Under the pieces are notes generated by a model. It did no database searches and was not told the DNA's origin. It saw only the letters and a program-made list of their open reading frames with translations. The position numbers were made by a program, and so were the translations under genes. Positions 1 through 9,863 of a stretch of 64,000 bases of DNA are shown piece after piece. Source of the DNA: a bacterium. GTDB taxonomy: Bacteria > UBP6 > UBA1177. The first letter of the stretch is position 1; each line of letters opens with the position of its first letter. Location: the NCBI GenBank assembly GCA_017961325.1, contig JAGCXM010000019.1, positions 4,417 to 68,416 of the forward strand, in the 5' to 3' direction.

Positions 1-486
1 CATACTGATAAAATCTCGTGCTGTAGGGTCGTAGGCTACGACATCATCTATTGTCATAGGTTTAAAACTTTCCATAACACACGGTGTTCCGCAACATGCG
101 TATTCGGGATATTCGTGACATAAAGCATCATTCTGTTCATCCCACAGATTGCCGATGCAGATCGGATCATCCGCTGTCGGAGTATCGCAGTCAGGGCGGC
201 AGAAAGTGATCTTGCCGTCTTTGTCGTAATAAGGGAATGCTGCCTGACTTAATGATGGATAACATTCATCGGAATCGGCATCAGAAATGTTGTTTTGATC
301 CGCATCCTGCGTTTTATCAGAATCATCAACGATTTCAGCCTCTTGGGTGTCGGAATCATCGTCAACGGTTTCCGAATCATGAGTGTCAATGTCAGAATCA
401 GGAACAGTGTCGGAATCATTCTGCGATTTCGATGACGAGCAGGAAACAAACAGGATCAGTAAAATTAAATAAAAGATTCTTTTCAT
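1..486 (-). CDS. Lipoprotein, tandem paralog of 505..2061 (partial, runs off the window start)
   Basis: Not in the ORF track. Hand translation from ATG at 486 (GGAGGT RBS) gives MKRIFYLILLILFVSCSSSKSQNDSDTVPDSD...ECYPSLSQAAFPYYDKDGKITFCRPDCDTPTADDPICIGNLWDEQNDALCHEYPEYACCGTPCVMESFKPMTIDDVVAYDPTARDFISM, open to base 1. Lipobox FVSC. Confidence 0.9.
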   Translation of the reverse strand, partial: MKRIFYLILLILFVSCSSSKSQNDSDTVPDSDIDTHDSETVDDDSDTQEAEIVDDSDKTQDADQNNISDADSDECYPSLSQAAFPYYDKDGKITFCRPDCDTPTADDPICIGNLWDEQNDALCHEYPEYACCGTPCVMESFKPMTIDDVVAYDPTARDFISM

Positions 487-504
487 AACAACCTCCAAGT
501 TAAA

Positions 505-2061
505 TTATTCCTCAAACGGGCATACGCCTTCTTCCTTGCAGTAGCATTCCATGTCTCTCAAAATGAAAGGATCTGAATTCCTCTTCTGATAAAGCAACCA
601 TTTTCCTTCGAATTCTGCATAACCGTATGGAAAAATTGTTGATCCATCAGAATATGTTTTGTCATCTTCCATCTTTTTCATGCAGTATTTTTTGCCCTTA
701 TCAATTCTGTAATAGCAAAGTCTACCGCCATATGCTGAACCATCTGTTGTTACTTCCTCATATAAAAGAAGATTGCCTCTAAGAGTTCTGGGAAGAAGCG
801 AGTAGGCTTTTAATACAGATTCTTCTGTAAATTCTGTTATCAGGTCTTTTCTTTCAAACTTATCTCCGTTTCTTTCAACAAAAACAATTTTTCTCTTGAA
901 TGTGTCATAATAGACAAATCTATTTTCATTTTCCTTATCAAAATAAAGATATTCGGTTTGTTCTCCTTCCTGATTGAATTTCAAGCAGTCCTCAAGTTTC
1001 TGTGGCTTTTTCGATAAATCACAAATCCAGCCGTTTACATTGTCATCGACAAAAGAAAGTGTATTTCCAACAAGGGAGGGGAACCACCCCAAACCGGCAC
1101 CAAGAGAAGTCCATTTCCATTCTCCGACTTTGGCATAAAGCATCCTTTTGCCACTGTTGTCTACAAGATTTACAAACGCCCATTTTTCATTCAGAGCTGG
1201 TTCATAAGAAATGCTTTTAACTTTTTTATCATAGATGATCTCGACTTTTCCGTCATCGCCGATATATGCAAGAAAAATGTTTTCGTTGTTCAAATCATAA
1301 CTTCTCTTGTCAGAAATCAAGGCAAGCCTTTTGCCTTTGTAATATGCTTGTTCCTGATGTCGTGCAGGAATGATGAGAGAATATTTCTGCGATGCAATGT
1401 CGTAAGTGAAATATTTTCTACCAACAGACCATTTTTCCGGATTAAGTTGTATAGGATACATGTGAAATCCGATTTTTCCGTCACTAAGATTCCATGATTT
1501 TACAACTCCAAGAGAACCATCATTAAACCATCTTGATATTTTTAAATCGCACTTGTGCATAGCAAGCATGATTTTTCCGTTATCATCCACCATGATTTTG
1601 TCGTTTTCTTCTTTTGTCATCGGTTTCAGGCTTTCCAAAACACACGGTGTCCCGCAGCAAGCGTATTCAGGATATTCGTGACATAAAGCATTATTCTGCT
1701 CATCCCAAAGATTGCCGATGCAGATCGGATCATCCGCTGTCGGAGTGTCGCAGTCAGGACGGCAGAAAGTGATCTTGCCGTCTTTGTCGTAATAAGGGAA
1801 TGCTGCCTGACTTAAAGGCGGATAACATTCGTCTGTATCGGATTTTTCAGAATCGAAATCCGAATCCTGTTCGGGTTTTTCTTCAGAATCATCAACGGTT
1901 TCAGCTTCTTGCGTGTCGGAATCATCAACGGTTTCTGAATCATAAGTGCCACTGTCAGAATCAGGAACAGTGTCGGAATCATTCTGCGATTTCGATGACG
2001 AGCAGGAAATGAAGAGAATCAAACCTAGGAAAACCAAAAACAATCTCAAGTGGGTTTGCAT
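505..2061 (-). CDS. Lipoprotein with acidic tether, Cys-rich segment and probable beta-rich (propeller-like) C-terminal region
   Basis: ORF 505..2079; the better start is ATG 2061 (GGAGGT RBS). Lipobox FISC, D/S/E-rich linker, Cys cluster, aromatic beta-strand-rich C-terminus. The fold is inferred. Confidence 0.85.
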   Translation of the reverse strand: MQTHLRLFLVFLGLILFISCSSSKSQNDSDTVPDSDSGTYDSETVDDSDTQEAETVDDSEEKPEQDSDFDSEKSDTDECYPPLSQAAFPYYDKDGKITFCRPDCDTPTADDPICIGNLWDEQNNALCHEYPEYACCGTPCVLESLKPMTKEENDKIMVDDNGKIMLAMHKCDLKISRWFNDGSLGVVKSWNLSDGKIGFHMYPIQLNPEKWSVGRKYFTYDIASQKYSLIIPARHQEQAYYKGKRLALISDKRSYDLNNENIFLAYIGDDGKVEIIYDKKVKSISYEPALNEKWAFVNLVDNSGKRMLYAKVGEWKWTSLGAGLGWFPSLVGNTLSFVDDNVNGWICDLSKKPQKLEDCLKFNQEGEQTEYLYFDKENENRFVYYDTFKRKIVFVERNGDKFERKDLITEFTEESVLKAYSLLPRTLRGNLLLYEEVTTDGSAYGGRLCYYRIDKGKKYCMKKMEDDKTYSDGSTIFPYGYAEFEGKWLLYQKRNSDPFILRDMECYCKEEGVCPFEE

Positions 2062-2100
2062 GTACACCTCCGTGAACATTATTTTAAAACATCGCTGAGT

Positions 2101-2128
2101 AGTTTATTTTTTATGCGGATGGAGTCAA
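2101..2128 (-). promoter_or_regulatory. Putative sigma70-type promoter of the lipoprotein pair
   Basis: TTGACT-N16-TAAACT on the minus strand, 40 nt upstream of ATG 2061. Confidence 0.55.
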
Positions 2129-2212
2129 GATGAAAGATTAACAAAATCATCCAAACTTTTCAATGTTTTAAATTTATAGAACTTGCTGATTTCGCAGACT
2201 ATTTTAAAGATT

Positions 2213-4462
2213 TCAGAATAAACAGAGTTTCCCGTCTTTAAAATCGATTCTTATTTTTCCGCCGTTTCTGAATTTTCCGAAAAGGATTTCGTCAAGAAGG
2301 AGGTTTTCAAGTTCCTTGTCAACGACTCTCGCCGTCTCTCTCGCACCGAATTCTTTGGAAAAACCGAGTTCGGCCAAGTGTGCTGCGGCAGATTCGGAAA
2401 TCGAAAGTCCGATATTTTTAGCAGCAAGCCTGTTGGCAAGGGCGGAAACATTCTTTTTAACGATTTTCTTAACGGTTTCAGGCGTTATCGTCGAGAAATA
2501 GACAATGTGGTCGAGCCTGTTCAGAAATTCCGGCATGAATGTGTTTTTAACGGCATCCTTGAATGCCGAAACGTTTTCTGATCTGGTTCCGAAACCGCTC
2601 TGCTTTTTTGCGGCATCTTTGCTTCCTGCATTGGAAGTCATTATAATTATTACGTTCTTAAAGTTTGCCTTTCTCCCGGAATTGTCAGTCAGAGTCGCAT
2701 AATCCATGATCTGCAGAAGAGAATTGTAGATGTCGGCATGCGCCTTTTCGATCTCGTCGAGAAGTAGCACTGCCGTCGGCTGCTTTCTTATTGCCTCGGT
2801 GAGCTGTCCGCCCTCTTCGTAACCGACGTATCCGGGAGGCGCGCCGAAAAGTTTCGAAACGGTGTGCTTTTCCTGATATTCGCTCATGTCGAAACGTATC
2901 AGCGGCATCTGCATTTTGTCTGCGAGAACGCGGGCGAGTTCCGTTTTTCCTACACCGGTCGAACCTACGAAAAGGAAGGACGCTACCGGTTTTTCTGGAT
3001 TTTTGAAGCCTGCATAACTCTTTTTTATCGCCCGAACTATTTCGGAAATTGCCTCGTTCTGCCCGAAAATCTCGGTCGAAAGAGCCGTTTCAAGCCCTTT
3101 GAGCTGCTTCATTCCGTCGGAATTTACGGCTTTTTCCTTTTTTCCAGTGATAAACGCTGTAACTTTTTCAATATGTTCCGGCTTTACCACTTTTATCTTC
3201 TTTGTCTGCATGTTGCAGGCAGCTCCCGCCTCGTCGATCAGATCTATCGCCTTGTCCGGCAGAAAACGGTCGGTGATGTGTAGTGAAGAGAGTTCCACAG
3301 CCGAGCGAAGAGCTTCGTCAGTGTATTTAACCTTGTGAAAAGATTCATATTTTCCTGCAATATTCTTCAGAATAAGGAAAGTTTCCTCTTTTGAAGGTTC
3401 CGCTACATTGATTTTCTGGAATCTTCTCGAAAGAGCCGCGTCCTTTTCAAACAGTTTTCTATATTCGGAATCGGTAGTTGCACCGATGAATTTGATTTTT
3501 CCTTCACTCAGAAGCGGTTTCAGCATATCAGAAGCATCAATTGAGGAATTTCCGCCGCTTCCCGCACCGACAATATTGTGAATTTCATCAATAAAAACAA
3601 TTAGTTTCTCTTCTTTTTGCAAAGCCGAGATAAAATTGTTCATCGTCCGTTCGAAATCACCGGCGAATCTGCATTCAGATAGAATCCGCGAAAGGTTGAG
3701 TGCAAGAATCCGATAACCCTGAAGCTGTTTCGGAACCTCGTTTCGTGCGATTTTCTGGGCAAGTCCTTCCGTTATTGCAGTTTTGCCGACACCCGGCATT
3801 CCGACATGCACCGGATTGCATTTTTTCCGCCTGAGAAGGATCTGAATCGTCCGGTTTATCACCTCTTCTCTTCCGATTACCGGGTCAAGTTCGCCGTGTT
3901 CAGCCTTTTCAGTGAGATCTGTCGTGCAGAATTCGAGAACGGAAGGTGATTTTTCAGCCTTTTCGGCAGTGGTTTCGGTATTTTCTTCCGGTTCCTGCTT
4001 TTCATTTTCGGAAAATCCGCCGTGCGAAATAGCATTTAAAAGATCTAACCGCTTGATTTTGTTAGATTTCAGAAGATTTGATGAATACGATTTGTCTCCG
4101 AGGTCGTAAATTGCGACGATAAGGTCGGAAACTTCCACACGGGTCCGCTGGGAACCGAAAACGTTGTTCGCCGCATCGAGAAGGCACATGTTCAGGTATT
4201 CAGAGGGAACGACTCTCCCGTTTTTCGAGCTTTTCGGAATATATTTTTCAAGATATTCGCGCAGCTCCTGCCGCATTTCGGCGACATCGACATCAAAATG
4301 CTCAAGAATTTCAACAACTTTTCGATTGAAAAGCATCTGAAACAAAAGATGCTCCGGAGTCACGAACTCGTCTTTGTTGTCGGTCGCGTCTTCGATAGCC
4401 ATGCTGAAAATTTTCGCAACTTCAAACGAAAACGGCAGTGATGTATTCTCTTTTTCCGCCAT
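2213..4462 (-). CDS. clpA: ATP-dependent Clp protease ATP-binding subunit ClpA
   Basis: Clp N-domain (FVTPEHLL), two AAA+ modules ([14 protein letters not shown] and [17 protein letters not shown]), RRFQ and RFDMSEY motifs; no ClpB middle domain; directly downstream of clpS. Confidence 0.95.
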   Translation of the reverse strand: MAEKENTSLPFSFEVAKIFSMAIEDATDNKDEFVTPEHLLFQMLFNRKVVEILEHFDVDVAEMRQELREYLEKYIPKSSKNGRVVPSEYLNMCLLDAANNVFGSQRTRVEVSDLIVAIYDLGDKSYSSNLLKSNKIKRLDLLNAISHGGFSENEKQEPEENTETTAEKAEKSPSVLEFCTTDLTEKAEHGELDPVIGREEVINRTIQILLRRKKCNPVHVGMPGVGKTAITEGLAQKIARNEVPKQLQGYRILALNLSRILSECRFAGDFERTMNNFISALQKEEKLIVFIDEIHNIVGAGSGGNSSIDASDMLKPLLSEGKIKFIGATTDSEYRKLFEKDAALSRRFQKINVAEPSKEETFLILKNIAGKYESFHKVKYTDEALRSAVELSSLHITDRFLPDKAIDLIDEAGAACNMQTKKIKVVKPEHIEKVTAFITGKKEKAVNSDGMKQLKGLETALSTEIFGQNEAISEIVRAIKKSYAGFKNPEKPVASFLFVGSTGVGKTELARVLADKMQMPLIRFDMSEYQEKHTVSKLFGAPPGYVGYEEGGQLTEAIRKQPTAVLLLDEIEKAHADIYNSLLQIMDYATLTDNSGRKANFKNVIIIMTSNAGSKDAAKKQSGFGTRSENVSAFKDAVKNTFMPEFLNRLDHIVYFSTITPETVKKIVKKNVSALANRLAAKNIGLSISESAAAHLAELGFSKEFGARETARVVDKELENLLLDEILFGKFRNGGKIRIDFKDGKLCLF

Positions 4463-4465
4463 GAA

Positions 4466-4780
4466 TCACTCCTTTTCAACGATGCATTTGAGCGGGAAAC
4501 CTTTCTTTTTCGCCGCTTCGTCGACCTGAGCGATTTTGGAAACGGCGATGTCGTAGACGTAAATTCCGGCTGTTCCGCGTCCCTGCTTGTGGACGGCGAG
4601 CATTATTCTGCGGGCTTCCGCTTCGGTTTTCCCGAAAATATCGATAAGAATTTCTACGACGAAGTCCATCGTGGTGTAGTTGTCGTTGAGCATTACGACT
4701 TTGTAAAGATCCGGTTCTTTTAATAAACGCTCTGTTTTTATTGAACTTTTTGATGATTTTTTGGTTGAAAGATCAGACAT
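4466..4780 (-). CDS. clpS: ATP-dependent Clp protease adaptor ClpS
   Basis: YKVVMLNDNYTTMDFVVEIL...MLAVHKQGRG...GFPLKC motif; adjacent to clpA. Confidence 0.95.
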   Translation of the reverse strand: MSDLSTKKSSKSSIKTERLLKEPDLYKVVMLNDNYTTMDFVVEILIDIFGKTEAEARRIMLAVHKQGRGTAGIYVYDIAVSKIAQVDEAAKKKGFPLKCIVEKE

Positions 4781-4832
4781 GCAGTCTCCAAAATCAGTGG
4801 TAGAATCGTTTAAGACAAAAACAAATCGATGA

Positions 4833-5480
4833 CTATTTTTTCGATGCCGCGCGGCGTTTCATAATTTCTTTGTGAAGAGTCCACAAAGTATCGGTAACGG
4901 CCTGTCTTGAAGCGATGTTCTTGACAAAAACGGGAAGAGAGCCGCCCGGATCGTTGTAAATGTAGTAATCGACTTTTATTTTGTCGGGTTCAACCTGTGT
5001 AAATTTGTAATAACCTTTATTGTCTGCCACGCGGACAAACTTATCGGTCACGGGATATTTCGGATCATCGAAAGGAACCCAGGTTACCGAAACGGAGCCG
5101 TCCTTGTTGTCAACTCTGCACGATTTGACGTAGTAATCTCTGTCTGAAGCCACCGGTACCGAAATCCTGTTATACGACCAGTCACACTTTTCGTTCTTTT
5201 TGAGAACGTCTGAAAAGGTTATATATTTAAAGATTTCGGGATGTTTCAGTCTGTCGAACATGATATCGACAGCTTCCTGAATCGTTCCCTGATAGGTGAC
5301 GACGGCCTTGACTTCCTTGATTTCGGAGCCTTCGTGATTCCTTTCGTAAAGTTTAAGTCCGTTCTTTTCGCTTACAAATTCCCATTTTGCCGGTTTTTTT
5401 TCGCTTTTCTGGGCGGAATCATCGGCAAAAACGGGAAAAAACTGCAAAAACAGGATGAAAATAATGAAAATTACGCGCAT
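4833..5480 (-). CDS. Secreted START-domain (lipid-binding) protein
   Basis: Signal peptide; W..VSEKNGLKLY, RDYYV and DPGGSLPVFV patterns typical of bacterial START proteins. Confidence 0.75.
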   Translation of the reverse strand: MRVIFIIFILFLQFFPVFADDSAQKSEKKPAKWEFVSEKNGLKLYERNHEGSEIKEVKAVVTYQGTIQEAVDIMFDRLKHPEIFKYITFSDVLKKNEKCDWSYNRISVPVASDRDYYVKSCRVDNKDGSVSVTWVPFDDPKYPVTDKFVRVADNKGYYKFTQVEPDKIKVDYYIYNDPGGSLPVFVKNIASRQAVTDTLWTLHKEIMKRRAASKK

Positions 5481-5489
5481 TTTAATCCA

Positions 5490-6911
5490 TTAAAGATATT
5501 TGTAGAAAGCCTTGTATGACAGATATGTGTTGTAAAGGTCAGCCTTTGATGCAACTTCGAACGGGCTGTGCATCGAAAGTATAGGAGTGCCGACATCAAG
5601 AACCTGCATTCCGTATTCAGCGATGAACATGGCGATCGTGCCGCCGCCGCCGAGGTCTACTCTGCCGAGTTCAGCCGTCTGCCAGCGGGCGTCGTCTTTG
5701 TTGAAAGCTGCTCTGCATTTTGCAACAAATTCAGCGTGTGCTTCGTTGGAGTTGCCCTTTCCGCCTGCACCGGTGAACTTCGTGAGGCAGACACCCCAGC
5801 CGACCTTTCCTGCATTCATAGGTTCAAATGCACCTGCCCATTCAGGTTCTACGCCTGCGTTGACGTCGGAGCTGAGGAACTTGCTGTCTGCAAGAGAGTT
5901 GATGAGCGTGTTGTAATCGCCCTTGCCGTAGAAGTTTATAAGTTTGTTGACGGCTCTTTCGAGAATGTTGGAATTTGCACCGGCATTTCCTTTCGAACCG
6001 ATCTCTTCCTTGTCGAAGAACATCGCAATTTTGTTCTCTTTCGATTTGCCTGCGTCGAAAATGGCTTCCATAGCGCAGTAAGCACAGATTCTGTCGTCCT
6101 GACCGTGCGAACCGACGAAACTTCTGTCGAAACCGACGTCTCTTGCCTTTCCTGCCGGAACAAGCTGAAGTTCTGCGGAAACGAAATCTTCTTCTTTGAA
6201 GCCGTATTTTTTGTAGAGACAGTCAAGAATAGCGAGTTTTACGCTGTCTTTGTCGTATTTGAAGGAGTAGGGGATCGAACCGATGAGAATGTTCATGTTC
6301 TCGCCTTCGATAACCTTTCTCGCGCCTTTTTCCATCTGTTCCTGAGCGAGGTGGATGAGAAGGTCGTTAATTGTGAAAACAGGATCGTTTTCATCTTCGC
6401 CGACAACGACATTGATTGTTTTGCCTTCTTCGGTGATGACTACGCCGTGAAGCGCAAGTGCTCTCGTAACCCACTGATATTTCTTTATTCCGCCGTAGTA
6501 GTGCGTTTTGAAGTAAGCCATGTCTTCTTTCTCGTAAAGCGGATAGCCTTTGAGGTCGAGTCTCGGAGTGTCGATGTGCGAACCGACCATGAGCCAGCCT
6601 CTGCTGAAACTCTTGTCGTTGATTTCTGCAAGAACGCATGCGACGTTGTCGAAGTTGATGAAGAGTTTTGTGTCGGTCGGTTTTGCGTTTTCGATGTTTT
6701 TGTAACCTTTTGCCTTTGCAAGCTCGAAGATCGTGCTGACAGCTTCACGCTCGGTCTTAGCGTCAGTGAGGAATTTTTTGTAACCTTCAGCAAAATCCAT
6801 GATTTCTTTCATCTTTGCTTCGTTGATGCCGTCCCAGCCTGATTTTTTGGAATAGGTCAGGGTCTTCGGATCGAATTTTTCGGCTTTCTTTGCCGCCTTC
6901 TTTTCTGCCAT
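5490..6911 (-). CDS. apeA: M18 family aminopeptidase
   Basis: GSHIDTPRLDLK, YYGGIKKYQW, GQDDRICAY, DKEEIGS and LSMHSPFE metal-ligand motifs. Confidence 0.9.
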   Translation of the reverse strand: MAEKKAAKKAEKFDPKTLTYSKKSGWDGINEAKMKEIMDFAEGYKKFLTDAKTEREAVSTIFELAKAKGYKNIENAKPTDTKLFINFDNVACVLAEINDKSFSRGWLMVGSHIDTPRLDLKGYPLYEKEDMAYFKTHYYGGIKKYQWVTRALALHGVVITEEGKTINVVVGEDENDPVFTINDLLIHLAQEQMEKGARKVIEGENMNILIGSIPYSFKYDKDSVKLAILDCLYKKYGFKEEDFVSAELQLVPAGKARDVGFDRSFVGSHGQDDRICAYCAMEAIFDAGKSKENKIAMFFDKEEIGSKGNAGANSNILERAVNKLINFYGKGDYNTLINSLADSKFLSSDVNAGVEPEWAGAFEPMNAGKVGWGVCLTKFTGAGGKGNSNEAHAEFVAKCRAAFNKDDARWQTAELGRVDLGGGGTIAMFIAEYGMQVLDVGTPILSMHSPFEVASKADLYNTYLSYKAFYKYL

Positions 6912-7022
6912 TTCACTCTCCTAAAAAAACAATTAGTAAAGAAACAAACGCGGCATTATAATTGAATTAAAAAAAATACCTAATTTTTTTGGAAATGTAG
7001 GGACGGAACCCGATATCTCTCT

Positions 7023-8357
7023 TCAGTCCGCGTTTCTGACACAACGGACATAATAGTTCTGAGTATTACTCTTTTGTCCGTCGAAGCCGGAACCATAATT
7101 GAAATAAACGACCAAAGCCTGATTGTATTTATCCACCGAGGTTGATGAAGACCAGAAAAAATGATAAGCCACGTCTGATGATGCCGGAAAGTCGGAATAC
7201 GGAGGAATTGATATATCGAAGTTTACAAGAGAGTAAAGTTCGTTCTTGTTAGGCAGTCTCCAGTCACTCAAACCGGCATAAACCAAATTCTCGCAATAAG
7301 ACAACGCATCCTGCCATCTATACGGCTCCGCTATAATGTTTTTCTGCCATACAAGTCCGGTTGTCGAATCGGTTACGACAGATTCTTCTTCAGTCTCATC
7401 GGAAACGGAAAACAACCCTGACGGAAGTTCTTCACCATGCACACACATTACATAGTAACTCTCGTTTTGGGATTTCAGCTCGATCTGACCGTAATGAGCA
7501 TCAAAGCTCCATCTGGCGTCACTGAACTCATAATAAGTCTTTGAAGCCCAGAAATAGGCAGGATTCTCTGCAGGGATATCCGGAAAGATTGTCGTATCAA
7601 CTGCCGGATCATACTTGCTGTTATCGACGATCGTGAGAAATTCATGCGGAGCTGGAAGACGCCAGCCGCTGCTATATCCGGCGTAATTCGAGGCATTCAG
7701 ACTGTCGCAGTAGTTTTCCGCCTCTTCCCGAGTGTAGGTGCCTTTGTCAAGCGTTTGCTGCCACTCGAGCCCAGTGTTGTTATCCATAACGATATTTTGT
7801 CCAGAAAGGGTTTTGACGGTGAAATTCTGCGGCAAGCATGAACCGAGTTCCGCATACTGCGCATCCTGACCATAGAAATTGGTCTCAGTCAACGAACAGT
7901 CTATTTCCTTTTTATTATCGTAACATTTATTGTTTCCTGTGCAGATGTTACCAAGCGACAATCGTTTGTTCATACAGCCCTTCTCCGCTCCCCACCAATA
8001 ATATCCGCCGATACAGCCGCAGGAATAAAGATTCTGAGCTATCACAGTGCATATTTCTGTTGAATTTTGCAAACCTGCACACGGATTCGGATCACAAGGA
8101 TCTGACAGCTCGGAATCATTGTCTGAACCTTCTATGACATCGGCATCATCCGGTTCCGGATCATCCGGTAACGTATCTGAAATATCATCAATATCATCTG
8201 AATCAGGAACGATGTCAGACGTATCTTCATCCGCCGCCACTTCTCCCTCTTCCGAATCTGATTTCTCCGTATCATCATCATTTTTTGAGCTGCCGCTTCC
8301 GCATGAAACCAGAAAAAATGCACAGAAAAACGAAAATACAATAAAAAATCTCTTCAT
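7023..8357 (-). CDS. DUF1566 (Lcl C-terminal) double-domain lipoprotein with EGF-like module
   Basis: Lipobox LVSC, acidic tether, DPCDPNPC module, two DxxTGLxWQ...WRLP...EL...FWS...VxCV repeats. Confidence 0.88.
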   Translation of the reverse strand: MKRFFIVFSFFCAFFLVSCGSGSSKNDDDTEKSDSEEGEVAADEDTSDIVPDSDDIDDISDTLPDDPEPDDADVIEGSDNDSELSDPCDPNPCAGLQNSTEICTVIAQNLYSCGCIGGYYWWGAEKGCMNKRLSLGNICTGNNKCYDNKKEIDCSLTETNFYGQDAQYAELGSCLPQNFTVKTLSGQNIVMDNNTGLEWQQTLDKGTYTREEAENYCDSLNASNYAGYSSGWRLPAPHEFLTIVDNSKYDPAVDTTIFPDIPAENPAYFWASKTYYEFSDARWSFDAHYGQIELKSQNESYYVMCVHGEELPSGLFSVSDETEEESVVTDSTTGLVWQKNIIAEPYRWQDALSYCENLVYAGLSDWRLPNKNELYSLVNFDISIPPYSDFPASSDVAYHFFWSSSTSVDKYNQALVVYFNYGSGFDGQKSNTQNYYVRCVRNAD

Positions 8358-8388
8358 TTTTCACCTCATTAAAACAAAAAACGTAAGG

Positions 8389-8416
8389 ATTTTAATGTTT
8401 AAAGAAGAAAATGCAA
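8389..8416 (-). promoter_or_regulatory. Putative promoter of the DUF1566 lipoprotein gene
   Basis: TTGCAT-N16-TAAAAT on the minus strand. Confidence 0.55.
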
Positions 8417-8429
8417 GAAAGGGAATGAA

Positions 8430-9644
8430 TTATTTGAACGATTTCAGAACGTTGATGACGTAGTCGATATCAGCTTCGGTGTGGTCTGCGTTGATCTGGA
8501 AACGGATCTCTTCGTCGCCCTTCGGAACTACCGGATAGTTGAGTCCCGTAGCAAGAACGCCGTTCTTCGTGAGCCATTCAACGATGTCAGCGGTCTTTTT
8601 GGTGTCTCTGACCATGAGCGGAGTTACCGGGTGCGGTCCTGGGATCGTCTCGAAGCCGTTGTCAATGAGTCCTTTCTCGAATCTTGCGGTGATGGATGCA
8701 AGGTGAGCAAGACGTTTTACGCCTTCTTCGCTCTCGAGGATGTCGAGAACTTTGAGAACCGCATAAGCTTCGCCGACCGTGATCGGGTTCGAGTAGATGT
8801 ACATCGGAGCCGACTGTCTAAGGAATTCGGTAACCGATTTCGAAGCGACGACATAACCGCCGTTTACGCCGTAAGCCTTGCCGAGCGTGCCGATAAGGAT
8901 GTCGACTTTCGCGCCTGTGACTTCTTCTGTTCCTCTTCCGGTCTTGCCGTAAGCGCCTACACCGTGGGAATCGTCAGCAGCGGTCGTTACGCCTTCTTCG
9001 AACTTGTCGTCGTATTTTTTGCAGATAGCGGTGAATTTGTCGAACGGGCAGAAGTCGCCTCTCATCGAGAAAACGCCGTCTGTAACGACGATGCATCTCT
9101 TGCCTTTGCCGACAGCTTCCTGAAGTTTTGCTTCAAGATCTTCCATATTGTTGTGCTTGTAGATGAGTTTGAGTGCCGGACGGGCAAGTTTCATCGCGTT
9201 GATGATGCAGTTGTGGTTGAGTTCGTCGCTGATGATGACTGTTTCGTTGGTGATAAGCGGGAAAAGAACGCCCATCGAAGTTACGTAAGCGCTCGAGAAG
9301 ATCATTGCCGATTCTCTGCCGTGGAACTTCGCAAGTCTTTTTTCAAGGTCAACGTGAGCCTTGTGCGTTCCCGAAATGAAACGGACTGCGCCGGGGCCGA
9401 CACCGAAAGCCTTTGTTCCCTCTTCCTCAGCCTTGATGACTTCGTCTCTCATCGAAAGACCGAGATAACTGTTTGAATTCATTTTAATAAATGTCTGTTT
9501 GTAGCCTTCGACGACGTAACGCGGACCGTTTGCGCCTTCGGGCGGAAGGATCTTCGTGATGACCATTTCATCGCCTTTAGCCGTTCCTTTAGCCTTGAGG
9601 TCGTTGACGTAATTGTTAAGAGCGTTTTCCAGTTTTGTAGTCAT
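8430..9644 (-). CDS. kbl: Glycine C-acetyltransferase (2-amino-3-ketobutyrate CoA ligase), PLP class II
   Basis: NSYLGL, GPGAVRFISGT, SDELNHNCII, DGVFSMRGD, DDSHG and GTLGKA (PLP Lys) motifs. True start ATG 9644 with AAGGAG RBS; the ORF-track extension to 9887 is non-homologous. Confidence 0.88.
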   Translation of the reverse strand: MTTKLENALNNYVNDLKAKGTAKGDEMVITKILPPEGANGPRYVVEGYKQTFIKMNSNSYLGLSMRDEVIKAEEEGTKAFGVGPGAVRFISGTHKAHVDLEKRLAKFHGRESAMIFSSAYVTSMGVLFPLITNETVIISDELNHNCIINAMKLARPALKLIYKHNNMEDLEAKLQEAVGKGKRCIVVTDGVFSMRGDFCPFDKFTAICKKYDDKFEEGVTTAADDSHGVGAYGKTGRGTEEVTGAKVDILIGTLGKAYGVNGGYVVASKSVTEFLRQSAPMYIYSNPITVGEAYAVLKVLDILESEEGVKRLAHLASITARFEKGLIDNGFETIPGPHPVTPLMVRDTKKTADIVEWLTKNGVLATGLNYPVVPKGDEEIRFQINADHTEADIDYVINVLKSFK

Positions 9645-9695
9645 AGTGAACTCCTTAAATAAATTTATAAAAAAACCGTAAAAGACAACGCGGCG

Positions 9696-9723
9696 AGTAT
9701 AGTCACTTGGTTTTGTTTGTGAA
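9696..9723 (-). promoter_or_regulatory. Putative kbl promoter
   Basis: TTCACA-N16-TATACT followed by GC-rich CGCCGCG. Confidence 0.5.
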
Positions 9724-9755
9724 GATTTTTCTTGATGAGTTCTGGAATAACATTG

Positions 9756-9795
9756 CGTGCCTTCGTGATCCCTTAATCCCGGAATCCCTGAATCT
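9756..9795. repeat. Degenerate 8-nt tandem array, inverted relative to 9817..9848
   Basis: Units cgtgcctt/cgtgatcc/cttaatcc/cggaatcc/ctgaatct; the reverse complement of cgtgatcc is ggatcacg, the core unit of the other two arrays. Confidence 0.75.
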
Positions 9796-9822
9796 TGGCA
9801 GAACTGGCTCGCTTTGAGATCA

Positions 9823-9863
9823 CGAAATCTCGGGATCACGGGATCATGGCAGGATTTGCGCGC
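9823..9863. repeat. 41-nt direct repeat, copy 1 (overlaps the stop codon of the four-helix-bundle gene)
   Basis: cgaaatctcgggatcacgggatcatggcaggatttgcgcgc; 34/41 identical to 10695..10735 by hand alignment; 8-nt periodicity. Confidence 0.85.

Noticed and set aside
5568-6842. 424-aa antisense ORF over apeA (likewise 8481..9476, 28472..29635, 44784..45740, 47786..48745, 50780..52051, 52036..52965)
   Set aside because: These are shadows of conserved genes with biased codon usage that suppresses antisense stops; the translations show no recognisable motifs.
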